Source: Propionibacteriaceae bacterium UBA6238
Lineage (GTDB): Bacteria > Actinomycetota > Actinomycetes > Propionibacteriales > Propionibacteriaceae
Assembly: GCA_002441465.1 (NCBI GenBank)
Contig: DJWE01000011.1
Span: forward strand, 3,211-67,210
Length of the DNA: 64,000 bases
Direction: 5' to 3'
Positions 25,709 through 35,638 of the stretch are shown piece by piece. The notes beneath the pieces were generated by a model. It did not search any database. It had not been told where the DNA came from and saw only the letters and a program-made list of their open reading frames with translations. A program made the position numbers and the translations under genes. Position 1 is the first letter of the stretch; each line of letters opens with the position of its first letter.

Positions 25709-26380
25709 ATGAGAGCCGAGCCACAGACGAAGAAGACCCCGGGTACGGACTCCGAGCTGTCCGCCGGGGCGCGCCCGGTGGCGGCTGGACGCACCAAGCT
25801 GCAGCGCAGCCCTCTGCTGATCGTGTTCGGCTTGCTGGTCTTGGCCGCGGGCGGGGTGTTCGGCTGGTTCATGTGGGTAACGACGTCCACAGCCTCTGAG
25901 GTGGTGGCCGCAAGGGCGGACGTCCAGCGAGGGCAACTCATCACCGCCGAGGATCTGACCACTGTGCGCGTCACCTTGGATCCGTCCTTGCGGACCGTGC
26001 CCGGCGCCAACCTCAAGTCGCTGGTTGGCCAGCGAGCTGCGACCGATCTGGCGGCCGGCACGCTGATCTCCCCGCAGCAGGTCAGCGATGGCCTGCTGCC
26101 GCCTCAGGGCATGTCGGTGGTCGCGGTGCCCGTCCCGGCAGGGCTGGTGCCCACGGTCCCCATTCATGCCGGCGACACCGTCCGGCTGGTGCAGACGCCG
26201 GAGCCTGCCGGCTCGGTGACTGGCAAGCCGCTGACCATCACAGCCGAGGTGGTGGACGTGACCGAGGGTGATCAGGACACGATCGTTAACGTTCTGGTAC
26301 CCGCGGCGTCTGCGTCCGGGCTCGCCGAGTTGGCCGCGACCGGCCGGGTCGCGCTGGTGCTGGACTCGGCGGCGAGGTGA
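25709..26380 (+). CDS. SAF-domain protein, CpaB/RcpC-like
   Basis: TM helix then VVAARADVQRGQLITAEDL, AATDLAAGTL, GDTVRLV. Confidence 0.75.
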   Translation: MRAEPQTKKTPGTDSELSAGARPVAAGRTKLQRSPLLIVFGLLVLAAGGVFGWFMWVTTSTASEVVAARADVQRGQLITAEDLTTVRVTLDPSLRTVPGANLKSLVGQRAATDLAAGTLISPQQVSDGLLPPQGMSVVAVPVPAGLVPTVPIHAGDTVRLVQTPEPAGSVTGKPLTITAEVVDVTEGDQDTIVNVLVPAASASGLAELAATGRVALVLDSAAR

Positions 26381-27193
26381 GTGGCGATGGCGATCATCAC
26401 TCTGGTGTCGGCATCCGGATCGCCGGGTGTGACCACGACCGCGTTGGGCGTGGCGTTGGAGTGGTCTCGTCCAGTGCTGCTGGTCGAGGCCGACCCGACC
26501 GGTGGGTCGGCGCTGTTGACCGGCTACTGGCGGGGACAGCGTGACCATGCCGGGCTGCTGGAGTTGGTGATGGCCGAGCGGCATGGCGTCCTGGCGGACG
26601 CGCTTCCCCGGATGGTGATCCCGATCGAGGGCACGGACGTGTCGGTCGTTGCTGGAACGAAGTCGCACGAGCAGGCGCCGGGTCTTTCGCGGCTGTGGGA
26701 TCCGCTGCTGCTGGTGTTGCAGGAACTGTCGGGTCAGGACGTGATCGTGGATGCCGGCAAGCTCGGCAACGAGTACTCGCCGAAGCCGCTGATCCGGTTC
26801 TCTGACGTCACCCTTCTCGTCACCCGTTCCAGCCTTCCAGCGTTGGCCGCGGCCCGCTCGTGGGCGCGGACGCTGGCCGAGGAGATCGTGCCCGGCCACG
26901 ACGCGAAGATCGTGCTGGTCGGCGAGGGACGCAAGTACCGCGCCGCTGAGATCACGAAGGCACTGGGTCTGCCGGTGCTCGCCTCGATCGAGTGGGACCC
27001 GGCCCGGGCCGAGGTCTTCTCCGCCGGCGCCCCGTTCCCACCAGCACGTTTCGGCGGTGAGCAGGTGGCCGAGCGGGCGTTCGAGCAGTCCCGTTACCTG
27101 CGCAGTGTGCGTGCCCTGGCCACAGAGTTGGCGAAGTCCGGCGTAGCCGGCAATGAGGTGACGCACAAACGGGAGGGTGCCCGCCATGGCTGA
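26381..27193 (+). CDS. MinD/ParA-like (CpaE/TadZ-like) protein
   Basis: SASGSPGVTTTA deviant P-loop, LLVEADPTGG, VIVDAG. Confidence 0.7.
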   Translation: MAMAIITLVSASGSPGVTTTALGVALEWSRPVLLVEADPTGGSALLTGYWRGQRDHAGLLELVMAERHGVLADALPRMVIPIEGTDVSVVAGTKSHEQAPGLSRLWDPLLLVLQELSGQDVIVDAGKLGNEYSPKPLIRFSDVTLLVTRSSLPALAAARSWARTLAEEIVPGHDAKIVLVGEGRKYRAAEITKALGLPVLASIEWDPARAEVFSAGAPFPPARFGGEQVAERAFEQSRYLRSVRALATELAKSGVAGNEVTHKREGARHG

Positions 27194-28745
27194 TGACAGC
27201 GACCGCGAGGACCTGATGGACGTCCCGTACTTCGGCGGCCACGACACCCCGCAAGCCCCGGTGGGCCGCGTCCGCTCGACGTGGAAGTTCCCCGGATCGG
27301 AGTCCGAGCCTTCGCCGGCTCCCGTGCAACCGGTGACGTCGCCTCGCGCGTGGACGCCAGATCCGGTGTCGGTGAGTGACCTGGTGTCGATGCACCGGCA
27401 GCGGCAGGGTGTCGACTGGTCACTGGTCGCCGAGCTGCGGGTCCAGGTGTCGCAGCGGTTGTCTGATCTGATGAGCGGCGCCTCGTGGGATAAGGCCGAG
27501 CAGCAAGCACAAGGTTGGGCGGTCATCCGGCAGCTGTTGGATGAGGACACCGCCGAAGCGCTCGCCGCAGGTCGTGCGGTGCGGTCCACGTCCGATCAGG
27601 AGGCCCTGGGACAGGCAGTATTCGACTCGGTCTTCCGTCTCGGTCGCCTCCAGCCGCTGGTCGACGACCCCCAGATCGAGAACATCATGATCACCGGCAG
27701 CGACCGGGTCGTGGTGGAGGCCTCGGACGGCACGATGCGCCACGCCGATCCGGTTGCCGACAGCGACGAAGAACTGGCCGATTTCCTCGCTTTCCTGGCC
27801 GCCCGGTCGGACAACCCGCGTCCGTTCACCCCGGCAAACCCTTCGCTACACCTCATGCTGGAGGGCGGCGCACGGCTGGCCGCAGCCCTGGACACCGCAC
27901 GGCTGTCGGTGACGATCCGGCGCCACCGCGTCCGCGAGGTCACCCTGGAGGATCTGGTCGAGTGGGGCTCCCTCTCCCCGGTGCTGGCCGACTTCCTCCG
28001 CGCCGCGATCCGGGCCCGCAAGTCGATCGTGGTCTCCGGCGCGCAGGGCGCCGGGAAGACGACCCTGGTCCGGGCATTGTGTGCCGAACTCGACCCGTGG
28101 GAGCCGATCGGCACCTTCGAGACCGAGTACGAGTTGTTCCTGCACCTGCTGCCGAACAAGCACCACACCGTGCGCGCTTGGGAGGTTCGCAGCGGCTCGG
28201 GCGAACGCGGCGCGGACGGACGCTCGGCCGGGGCCCGGACGATCGAGGATCAGATCATCGACAGTTTCCGGTACAACCTCGGGCGGCAGATCCTGGGCGA
28301 GATTCGCGGTCCGGAGGTATGGCAGATGGTGAAGCTGATGGAGTCCGGGTCCGGGTCGATCTCCACCACCCACGCCGCCAACGGTCAGGCGGCGATGCGC
28401 AAGCTGATCACCTGCGCGATGGAGGCCGGGCCGCAGGTCTCCCAGGAACTCGCCGCAGCGAAGCTGGCCGACACCATCGACCTGATCGTCCACCTGGCCT
28501 GCGACGTCAACCAGGACGCCGACGGGCAACACGCCCGCAAGCGCCGCTACGTGGCAGAAGTCCTCGAAGTCACCCCCGGTGAACGCCCACGAGGATTCGC
28601 CACCAACACGATCTTTGCCCCGGCCGCGGGCGAGTGCGCCATCGCCAACACCCGCCCCGACACGCTGTGGGACGACCTGATCGCGGCCGGCTTCAACGCC
28701 CTCGGCTTCGAGCGCGAACTGGCCGACAACCGGAGGCCCGCATGA
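27186..28745 (+). CDS. tadA: CpaF/TadA pilus ATPase
   Basis: LGRLQPLVDDPQIENI, GAQGAGKTT, GEIRG, STTHA. Confidence 0.88.
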   Translation: MADDSDREDLMDVPYFGGHDTPQAPVGRVRSTWKFPGSESEPSPAPVQPVTSPRAWTPDPVSVSDLVSMHRQRQGVDWSLVAELRVQVSQRLSDLMSGASWDKAEQQAQGWAVIRQLLDEDTAEALAAGRAVRSTSDQEALGQAVFDSVFRLGRLQPLVDDPQIENIMITGSDRVVVEASDGTMRHADPVADSDEELADFLAFLAARSDNPRPFTPANPSLHLMLEGGARLAAALDTARLSVTIRRHRVREVTLEDLVEWGSLSPVLADFLRAAIRARKSIVVSGAQGAGKTTLVRALCAELDPWEPIGTFETEYELFLHLLPNKHHTVRAWEVRSGSGERGADGRSAGARTIEDQIIDSFRYNLGRQILGEIRGPEVWQMVKLMESGSGSISTTHAANGQAAMRKLITCAMEAGPQVSQELAAAKLADTIDLIVHLACDVNQDADGQHARKRRYVAEVLEVTPGERPRGFATNTIFAPAAGECAIANTRPDTLWDDLIAAGFNALGFERELADNRRPA

Positions 28746-29608
28746 ACCCCCAACTCATCGCCTCCGTGCTCGCCGGCACCCTCATCGCCTGCGGTCTCGC
28801 GCTCGTCGTTCTCGGGCTCCGACGCCGGCCCGCGCCGCCGCCGCGCCCGGCTCGGCGGCGGGTTCCGGCCTGGGTCGTGAGCATGCCGCGCTGGCAGCGG
28901 CTGGCCACTCTGGCCGCGCTCCTGGGCGGTGTCGTGATCGGCACGGCGACCGGCTGGGTGATCCTGATCGTCGCCCTGCCTCTGGCCGTGATGGGCCTGC
29001 CGGTGCTGCTGGCTACCTCAGACGCGGCACCCCGGATCGCGAGGATGGAGGCGATCGCGGAATGGACTCGCAACCTGTCCGGCGTCCTCACCGCCGGGCA
29101 GGGACTGGAGCAGGCGCTGCAGGCGAGCCTGCGTTCGACTCCGGACGCGATCCGGCCCGAGGTGTCCGAACTGGTCGGACGACTGCGTGCCCGATGGTCG
29201 ACCGAGACCGCTTTGCGAGCGTTCGCCGACGACCTCGACGACGCCACCGGCGACCTGGTCGTCGCCGCCCTGATCCTCGGCTCCCGCAAACGTGGTGACG
29301 GGATTACCCGGGTGCTGACAGGGCTCGCCGAATCGGTGGCCGATGACGTCCGCGTCCGCCGCCAACTCGAAGCTGATCGGGCCAAGCCCCGATCCTCGGC
29401 ACGCACGACCACCCTGATCTCGGTCGGGGCGCTGGCCGTGTTCAGCCTGTCCGGCCAGTTCCTCGCCCCCTACGGCTCGCCGCTCGGCCAGGCACTCCTT
29501 GCGCTGTACCTGTCCGCTTACGTCGGCTGCGCGATCTGGCTGAAGAAGCTGGCGGCCGAGCCGGCCGCGGCCCGGTTCGTCGCCCGCCGAACGGGGCCGA
29601 CCCGATGA
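28742..29608 (+). CDS. tadB: TadB-like (T2SS-F) platform protein
   Basis: TM segments, AGQGLEQAL, ALRAFADDL; follows tadA. Confidence 0.8.
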   Translation: MNPQLIASVLAGTLIACGLALVVLGLRRRPAPPPRPARRRVPAWVVSMPRWQRLATLAALLGGVVIGTATGWVILIVALPLAVMGLPVLLATSDAAPRIARMEAIAEWTRNLSGVLTAGQGLEQALQASLRSTPDAIRPEVSELVGRLRARWSTETALRAFADDLDDATGDLVVAALILGSRKRGDGITRVLTGLAESVADDVRVRRQLEADRAKPRSSARTTTLISVGALAVFSLSGQFLAPYGSPLGQALLALYLSAYVGCAIWLKKLAAEPAAARFVARRTGPTR

Positions 29609-30507
29609 ATGCTCTCCAGCTGTGGATCCTCGCCGGGCTCATGGTCTCCGGCGGACTGGTCGCGATCGGCTGGTACTTCGCCCCGGCGCAGCCCGACCTC
29701 GCTGACGCCCTCGGCCGCGTCAGCCCGGCCTCCGGCGCCCGGCAGCCGGTTGCCGACACATCTGAGCGTCCCGAGCTGGCCGACCGGCTCGGGCTGTGGG
29801 CGATGCGGCACCTGCCTGGCCGCCTGTGGGGCCGGACGCCGCAGCGCGATCTGGCGATCCTGGGCCGCAGCGTCCACCGGTTCTACGGTGAGAAGCTGTT
29901 GTTCGCGCTTATCGTCGCCGCTGGCGTCCCGCTGCTGGCCGCGATCTTCGCCATGACGTTCGTCGTTCCCATGGCGGTCACGATCGGGGCGGTCGTGATG
30001 GGCGCGCTGTTCGGCTGGCTGGTGCCCAACGGCAACGTCGCCACCGCCGCCGCAGAGGCCCGGCTGGAGTTCAACCGGGCGCTCGGCTCCTATGTCGACC
30101 TGGTCGCGCTCGAACGCAGCGCCGGCGGTTCGGCGGCCCGGCAAGCACTGGAGAACGCCGCCGAGATCGGCGATAGCTGGCCGTTCCGCCAGATCCGCGA
30201 CGAACTGGCCCGCAGCCGCTTCTCCGGCGAACCACCCTGGGACGCGATGAACCACCTCGCCGACGAACTGGGACTGCCCGCGCTGGACGACGTGGCCGAC
30301 ATCATGCGCCTCGCCGGGGCCGAGGGCAGCCAGGTCTATGACACCCTCCGCGCCCGCAGCACCGCACTTCGCTCCGCCTTGCTCGCCGCCGAGCAGACCA
30401 AGGCCAACGCCCTGTCCGGACGGATGGCCATCCCGACCACCCTGATGGCGATCGTGTTCTGCGTCATCCTCGTCACCCCCGCCGTCCTCCGGCTCGCCGC
30501 CGGCTGA
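29605..30507 (+). CDS. tadC: TadC-like platform protein
   Basis: TM segments, DLVALERSAG, LRARSTALR, C-terminal TM helix. Confidence 0.8.
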   Translation: MNALQLWILAGLMVSGGLVAIGWYFAPAQPDLADALGRVSPASGARQPVADTSERPELADRLGLWAMRHLPGRLWGRTPQRDLAILGRSVHRFYGEKLLFALIVAAGVPLLAAIFAMTFVVPMAVTIGAVVMGALFGWLVPNGNVATAAAEARLEFNRALGSYVDLVALERSAGGSAARQALENAAEIGDSWPFRQIRDELARSRFSGEPPWDAMNHLADELGLPALDDVADIMRLAGAEGSQVYDTLRARSTALRSALLAAEQTKANALSGRMAIPTTLMAIVFCVILVTPAVLRLAAG

Positions 30508-30537
30508 CCCGTAACCGCAACTGAAGGGAACACTGAC

Positions 30538-30657
30538 ATGCATATCTCTACCGAGAACCTGCTGTGGACCATCGGGATCATCGCCCTGGTAGGCATCGTC
30601 ATCGGCGTAATGAACGGCTTCATCGGCGGACTGCTCTCCCAGATCACCGGAGGCTGA
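30538..30657 (+). CDS. Flp-type pilin, 39 aa, not in the ORF track
   Basis: MHISTENLLWTIGIIALVGIVIGVMNGFIGGLLSQITGG; GAAGGGA upstream; canonical position between tadC and tadE. Confidence 0.7.
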   Translation: MHISTENLLWTIGIIALVGIVIGVMNGFIGGLLSQITGG

Positions 30658-30662
30658 CCGGG

Positions 30663-31034
30663 ATGTCCCGGCGACCAGACGAACGGGGAATGGCTTCGGT
30701 GGCGCTCACCATGCTGCTGCCGGTGCTGTTCACCTTCGTGTGGGTCGCCATGGGCGCAGCCATGTACCACTTCGGCGCCACCTCCGCCCAAGCCGCAGCC
30801 CAGACAGCCGCCTCGGCGGCCGCCGTCGAAGGCGGCACCTCCAAGGCCTGTGAACAGGCCGCGGCACGCTTCATCGCCAGCCTCGGCGACGCACTCAGCG
30901 ATGTCACCGTCACATGCCGGCGCACCGCCACCACAGCGTCCGCGACGATCACCGGCGCCACCCTCAGCCTGGTGCCGGGATGGTCACCCACCGTCACCCA
31001 GACCGTGGCCGTCGCGGTTGAGAAGGTGTCTTGA
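30663..31034 (+). CDS. TadE-like pseudopilin
   Basis: DERG|MASVA prepilin site, TM helix, AQAAA. Confidence 0.75.
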   Translation: MSRRPDERGMASVALTMLLPVLFTFVWVAMGAAMYHFGATSAQAAAQTAASAAAVEGGTSKACEQAAARFIASLGDALSDVTVTCRRTATTASATITGATLSLVPGWSPTVTQTVAVAVEKVS

Positions 31035-31463
31035 ATGGCCAGCTCCGGAGGTGGGGAGCGCGGTTCAGCCGCGGTCGAGATCGCGCTGCTCGCCCCACTG
31101 TTGGGAACCCTCGTGCTGATCGTGATCTTCGGCGGACGTCTAGCCTTGGCCCGGCAGACCGTCCAGGCCGCAGCCGCCGACGCCGCCCGGGCAGCCTCTA
31201 TCGCCCGCACCGCAGCCGTCGCTGAACGCTCCGCCACCGAGATCGCCCGCGGCACCCTCGCCAACCAGGGCGTCCACTGCGCCACCACCTCCATCGACGT
31301 CGACACCCGCGGGTTCGACGAGCCGGTCGGCACCGCAGCGACGGTAGCGGTGCGGATCGCCTGTGGTGTGGCCACCGCCGACCTGAGCCTGCCGCTGCCC
31401 GGAACCATCGAGGTTTCGGCGACCAGCTCGAGCGAGCTCGATGTGTTCAGGGGCCGGCGATGA
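31035..31463 (+). CDS. tadE: TadE-like pseudopilin
   Basis: ERG|SAAVE, TM helix, AAADAARAAS. Confidence 0.85.
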   Translation: MASSGGGERGSAAVEIALLAPLLGTLVLIVIFGGRLALARQTVQAAAADAARAASIARTAAVAERSATEIARGTLANQGVHCATTSIDVDTRGFDEPVGTAATVAVRIACGVATADLSLPLPGTIEVSATSSSELDVFRGRR

Positions 31464-31891
31464 CAACGCGACGACGATATGACGAGCGTGGCTCGGTGCT
31501 CACCACCGGCACAGTCCTGCTGGTGACCGTGTTCACCCTCATCCTTGGCATCGCCGTCGACCTGTCCGGCCAGGTCCAGACCAAACGCCAGGCCCACGAA
31601 GTCGCCGCCCAGGCAGCCCGCATCGCCGGCCAACACCTCGACGCCGACCGCTTCCTCGACAGCGGCGGCAGGGTACGGCTATCCAGCGCCGCCGCCCGTA
31701 CCGCCGCCATGGGCTACATCAGCGAGGCCAGCATGACCGGCGAAGTGACCATCAACGGCACCGACGTCACCGTCACCGTCACCGCCCGGTACACCCCCGT
31801 CATCCTGCCCATCGTCGGCATCACCACCCTCCCCGTCACCGGGACGGCGACCGCCCGCGCCGTCCGCGCCCTCGGCGGAACCGAGCGGTAG
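31460..31891 (+). CDS. TadG-like pseudopilin
   Basis: DERG|S, TM helix, AVD, AAQAARIAG. Confidence 0.78.
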   Translation: MTTRRRYDERGSVLTTGTVLLVTVFTLILGIAVDLSGQVQTKRQAHEVAAQAARIAGQHLDADRFLDSGGRVRLSSAAARTAAMGYISEASMTGEVTINGTDVTVTVTARYTPVILPIVGITTLPVTGTATARAVRALGGTER

Positions 31892-31898
31892 ACCAGCC

Positions 31899-34880
31899 AT
31901 GACCAGACAGCGCCTGACCGGAGTCCTCGCTCTCCTCGGACTCGGCGCGATCATGGTCGGCCTGCCCTGGCTGCTCATGGCCGCCGCCACCCAGGTCACC
32001 GTCCGCTTCAACCTCGCCAGCCCAGGCGGCATCTGGGCCGCACTCACCAACCCCGACGACGGCACCCTGGCGCTGTGGCTGTTCATCATCGTCGGCGCCA
32101 TCGCCTGGGCCATACTCGCCACCGCCATCTTGGTCGAGATCTTCAGCCGTCTGCGGCACGTCCCGGTACCGCAACTCCGCGGGCTTGCTCTCCCTCAGAT
32201 GCTCGCCCACGCACTTGTCGCCGCAGCCATCGCCGCCGTCCTGGCCAGTAACAACAGCTTCACCGCACTCCAGGCTGCCGCAGCCCCCGACCCGGTGCCG
32301 GTCGACACCGGCGGGGCGGCGCCCGCACGTCCGGCAGCCCCTGCGGCGAACCCGCGACCGGCCGAAGCCAAGCAGCAGGTCTATGTCGTGAAGAAGGGCG
32401 ACACGCTGTGGGACATCGCCGACGACCAACTCGGCAACCCGCGCGACTACCCGAAGATCTTCAGAGCCTCCCGTCACACCGTCCAGCCCGACGGACGCCA
32501 CCTGATCGATCCCGACCTCATCTACCCCGGCTGGAAGCTCACTCTCCCCGACGGTAAGCGCGACGAGCCAGGCCCCAGGACGCCCGCGGACGGCAAGACC
32601 GACAAGCCAACGGCGACAACAATCCCCTCACCCACTCTGCCTCCGGCCACGCCTGCTCCCACCCCGACGGCCGCCGCCCCGATTGAGGCGTCCGAGGCGG
32701 CCGAGCCCACGCTGGACGAGGAACTGGTCGATGAAACGAACGAGGCTGCACCGCTGCCCTGGATGCTGGCCGGCCTGGGCGGTGCCGGCGCTCTGCTGGC
32801 CGGTGGCCTGTGGCTCCGGGTGCGGCGTGGACGGGCGGCCCAGTTCCAGTACCGCCGCCCCGGACGCACCATCACCGTCCCTACCGAACCCGGCCTGGCG
32901 GCGGTGGAGAAGACCCTGATGCACCAGGGTGACCTCACCTCCGACCTCGTCGAACGCATCACTCAAACCACCCAGCGGCTCGCAGCACGCCTCCACAAGG
33001 CCGGCAAGCCGATCCCGCGCCTCCTTCAGATCGATGCCACCTTCGAGCGCCTCACCTTCCACTTCACCGAGGCGATCGATCTCCCCGCGCCCTGGGAACC
33101 GGGCGACGCCCCGACGGCCTGGCGCCTATCGGCCGATGCCGACCTCGGCCTCGTTGGGCCCTGGGACGAAGAGCGCGAACCCGTCTGGCCAGCCCTCGTC
33201 ACCCTCGGACGAGACGACCGCGGGTGGCGCCTGATCAACCTCGAGACCATCGGCGTCATCAACCTCACCGGCGACCGGGTCAACGCCGAAGACCTCGTCC
33301 GAGCCTGGCTCGCCGAACTCGCCGTCGTCCCTTGGGCCCGCGACATCGAGATTGCCGGCGCCGACCTCTTCCAGAGCATCGATCCGCTCGTCGCCCGGCA
33401 CCTCGGCCCGTACCGACCAGCGGACGTTGTCAGCCCCCTACTCGAATATGCGACCGGGCTTCACCAGCGGCTGCCCGAAGGAGCTGACGGGATCGACGCA
33501 GCCCGCGCCGCCCAGGCGGGGCCCGATCTCTGGACACCGCGCATCCTGGCGACGGCCCAGGCCACCGAACGGCTCGACGAACTCATCGGCCTCATCCACA
33601 GCCGGCCCGGACAGACTGGGGTCACCGTCATCCGGCTGGTCGACCCTGACGTGCCCCGGCTCGGCACGCTGATCAAGGTCACCGAGGCGGGCCGGGTTGT
33701 CGTGCCCAGCCTCAGCCTGGACCTGATCGCCAGCGGCATAACAGCCGACGAAGCCGCCGGCTGCGCGGCGGTCATGGGGGCCACCGAAGACCCCACCAGA
33801 GATCAGCCAGTGCCCGACCTTCCTGAGCCGAGCGCCGAATGGCAACAGCACGGCGACGCGGCCGGGCACCTCCACGTCGACCTGACCATCCCCCGATCCA
33901 CCATCCACACCGCCATTCCGGCGACGGCGCTCCTGCCCGACCCGGACGTCGTCTACGAGACCGAAGCCGCCACCACCGCCGAAGACCTCCAGGAACTCTC
34001 CCCGCTCGTGCCAGCCAGCAGCACTGTGATCGTGAAGGACTCCGACCCGAACCTCGACCAGGACCTGGCCGACTGGAAGGCCGACTCCATCGACCGGCCC
34101 CGAATCTCCGTCCTCGGCCCCGTCCGGCTCCGCCTCGGCCGCAACGGAGCACCAGCCACGGGCCTCAAGCGCGTCCCGTACTACACCGAGATCGTTGCCT
34201 ACCTCGCCACCCGGCCCCACGGTGCGACCGCAGAGGAACTCGGCGAAGCGCTCGGCATCACCACCGAACGGGTCCGCCGCGACCTCACCATCGTCCGCAG
34301 CCGCCTCGGCACTAACCCGCGCACCGGCTGCCCACACTTGCCCGAGGCCTACGACAACCCCGAATCCCGGCTGCGAGGCGTCGGGATCTATCTCGTCGAG
34401 GACTTGCTCTGCGACGCCGAACTGTTCCGCAGGCTCCGCATCCGAGGAGAAGCCGCGGGATCGGCCGGCATCGAAGATCTCGCCGCCGCCCTTCAACTCG
34501 TCAACGGAATGCCCTATGAGCAGCTCCGCCGCCGCGGCGGCCTGTGGCTCGGCCGCACCCACGACGACCACCACCTCGTCGCCGGCATCATCGACGTCGC
34601 CCACATCCTCACCACCAACGCCCTCGCCACCGGCGACCTCAAGAGAGCCCGCGCAGCCACCGAGATCGCCCAAGCCGTAGCGCCCGGCGACCCCACCCCA
34701 CAACTGGACCTCGCCCGGATCGCCGAACACGAAGGCCGTCCCGACGAAGCCGCAAGGATCGCCCGCGAGATCACCGACTGGAACGACCACAGCGGCTACG
34801 GGCCTATCGACCCCAGCGAGCGAACCAACGCGATCCTCGGCGCGCACAAGTGGCTCGACCACAAGGGCCGCGTCGGATAG
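31899..34880 (+). CDS. Membrane-anchored LysM protein with C-terminal SARP/BTAD-like region
   Basis: N-terminal TMs, YVVKKGDTLWDIA...DPDLIYPGWKL LysM, Pro-rich linker, TM, C-terminal ISVLGPV...wHTH/BTAD-like helices. Confidence 0.8.
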   Translation: MTRQRLTGVLALLGLGAIMVGLPWLLMAAATQVTVRFNLASPGGIWAALTNPDDGTLALWLFIIVGAIAWAILATAILVEIFSRLRHVPVPQLRGLALPQMLAHALVAAAIAAVLASNNSFTALQAAAAPDPVPVDTGGAAPARPAAPAANPRPAEAKQQVYVVKKGDTLWDIADDQLGNPRDYPKIFRASRHTVQPDGRHLIDPDLIYPGWKLTLPDGKRDEPGPRTPADGKTDKPTATTIPSPTLPPATPAPTPTAAAPIEASEAAEPTLDEELVDETNEAAPLPWMLAGLGGAGALLAGGLWLRVRRGRAAQFQYRRPGRTITVPTEPGLAAVEKTLMHQGDLTSDLVERITQTTQRLAARLHKAGKPIPRLLQIDATFERLTFHFTEAIDLPAPWEPGDAPTAWRLSADADLGLVGPWDEEREPVWPALVTLGRDDRGWRLINLETIGVINLTGDRVNAEDLVRAWLAELAVVPWARDIEIAGADLFQSIDPLVARHLGPYRPADVVSPLLEYATGLHQRLPEGADGIDAARAAQAGPDLWTPRILATAQATERLDELIGLIHSRPGQTGVTVIRLVDPDVPRLGTLIKVTEAGRVVVPSLSLDLIASGITADEAAGCAAVMGATEDPTRDQPVPDLPEPSAEWQQHGDAAGHLHVDLTIPRSTIHTAIPATALLPDPDVVYETEAATTAEDLQELSPLVPASSTVIVKDSDPNLDQDLADWKADSIDRPRISVLGPVRLRLGRNGAPATGLKRVPYYTEIVAYLATRPHGATAEELGEALGITTERVRRDLTIVRSRLGTNPRTGCPHLPEAYDNPESRLRGVGIYLVEDLLCDAELFRRLRIRGEAAGSAGIEDLAAALQLVNGMPYEQLRRRGGLWLGRTHDDHHLVAGIIDVAHILTTNALATGDLKRARAATEIAQAVAPGDPTPQLDLARIAEHEGRPDEAARIAREITDWNDHSGYGPIDPSERTNAILGAHKWLDHKGRVG

Positions 34881-34900
34881 CTACGCGCCCGGCGCGGAAG

Positions 34901-34925
34901 GCCCCCAACTCGGCGTTGGAGGGGC
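34901..34925. terminator. Hairpin between the convergent LysM-BTAD and TIR genes
   Basis: GCCCC-CAAC-TCGGC-GTTG-GA-GGGGC imperfect inverted repeat. Confidence 0.45.
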
Positions 34926-34936
34926 GAGACGTCCAG

Positions 34937-35638
34937 CTACAGGGCTTCTGGATCAGGCGTGTAGCCAGCTGCCTGTAGTTCCTTGAAGAGCTTCGCCTTG
35001 GCCTCATCTACCTGCACCTTGAAGGGCAGGTAGATCAATCCGTGGATGTCGCTGGGCTTTTCCACACCCTCTTGTAGCAGGATGGCGACTCGCTTTCGAC
35101 CCAGATTCGCGAGCACCATCCCAAGCTCGAGGATCACGTTCTGCCGTGCCCTCCCCTGGACAGCGAGGGGATCCGTTTTGATGTGGCCCATGTCATCGGG
35201 CGTCAAGAGGACACATGCGTAGCCCACGTCACCCGCCTGGCGAAGATACCGTTCCAGCTTCTCGATGATGGTGTCACCCGCGGCCGGCAGGTTCGCCAAG
35301 ATGATCGGCTTCAGTCCCATCTTGCGGAGCAGCAGCTCAAGCCCGTCCCGTGCTGCGTCATCGCGACCGTAGACCACAAAGACGTTCTTGTTCGGTCCAG
35401 GAGTGGGCTGAATCCCTATGGGCGCTGCGTCGTCGACAACAGGGTCGATGGGCGCCTGCCATGCCTTCAGTTCCGCCTGGAGGGCTGTCTTCTTGCCTTG
35501 GACCTGAACGGTGCCGGTGTGAAAGAAGTTGACCACCTCGCCGCTCGTGGCCCGAACCTGGACGCAGTGCTCCTGGTCCTTCACCTCGTATTTCACTCCC
35601 CGCTGTGTGAGGAATGCCTCAACCTCGGCCTGATCCAC
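34937..35638 (-). CDS. CAP12/Pycsar-type TIR-domain protein with small N-terminal domain
   Basis: VFVVYGRD, TIIEKLE, VLLTPDD, RARQNVILELG, EKPSDIHG. Confidence 0.88.
   Translation of the reverse strand: MDQAEVEAFLTQRGVKYEVKDQEHCVQVRATSGEVVNFFHTGTVQVQGKKTALQAELKAWQAPIDPVVDDAAPIGIQPTPGPNKNVFVVYGRDDAARDGLELLLRKMGLKPIILANLPAAGDTIIEKLERYLRQAGDVGYACVLLTPDDMGHIKTDPLAVQGRARQNVILELGMVLANLGRKRVAILLQEGVEKPSDIHGLIYLPFKVQVDEAKAKLFKELQAAGYTPDPEAL

Noticed and set aside
34937..35638. CBASS, Pycsar or Thoeris system
   Set aside because: No cyclase, nucleotidyltransferase or ThsA partner is adjacent.
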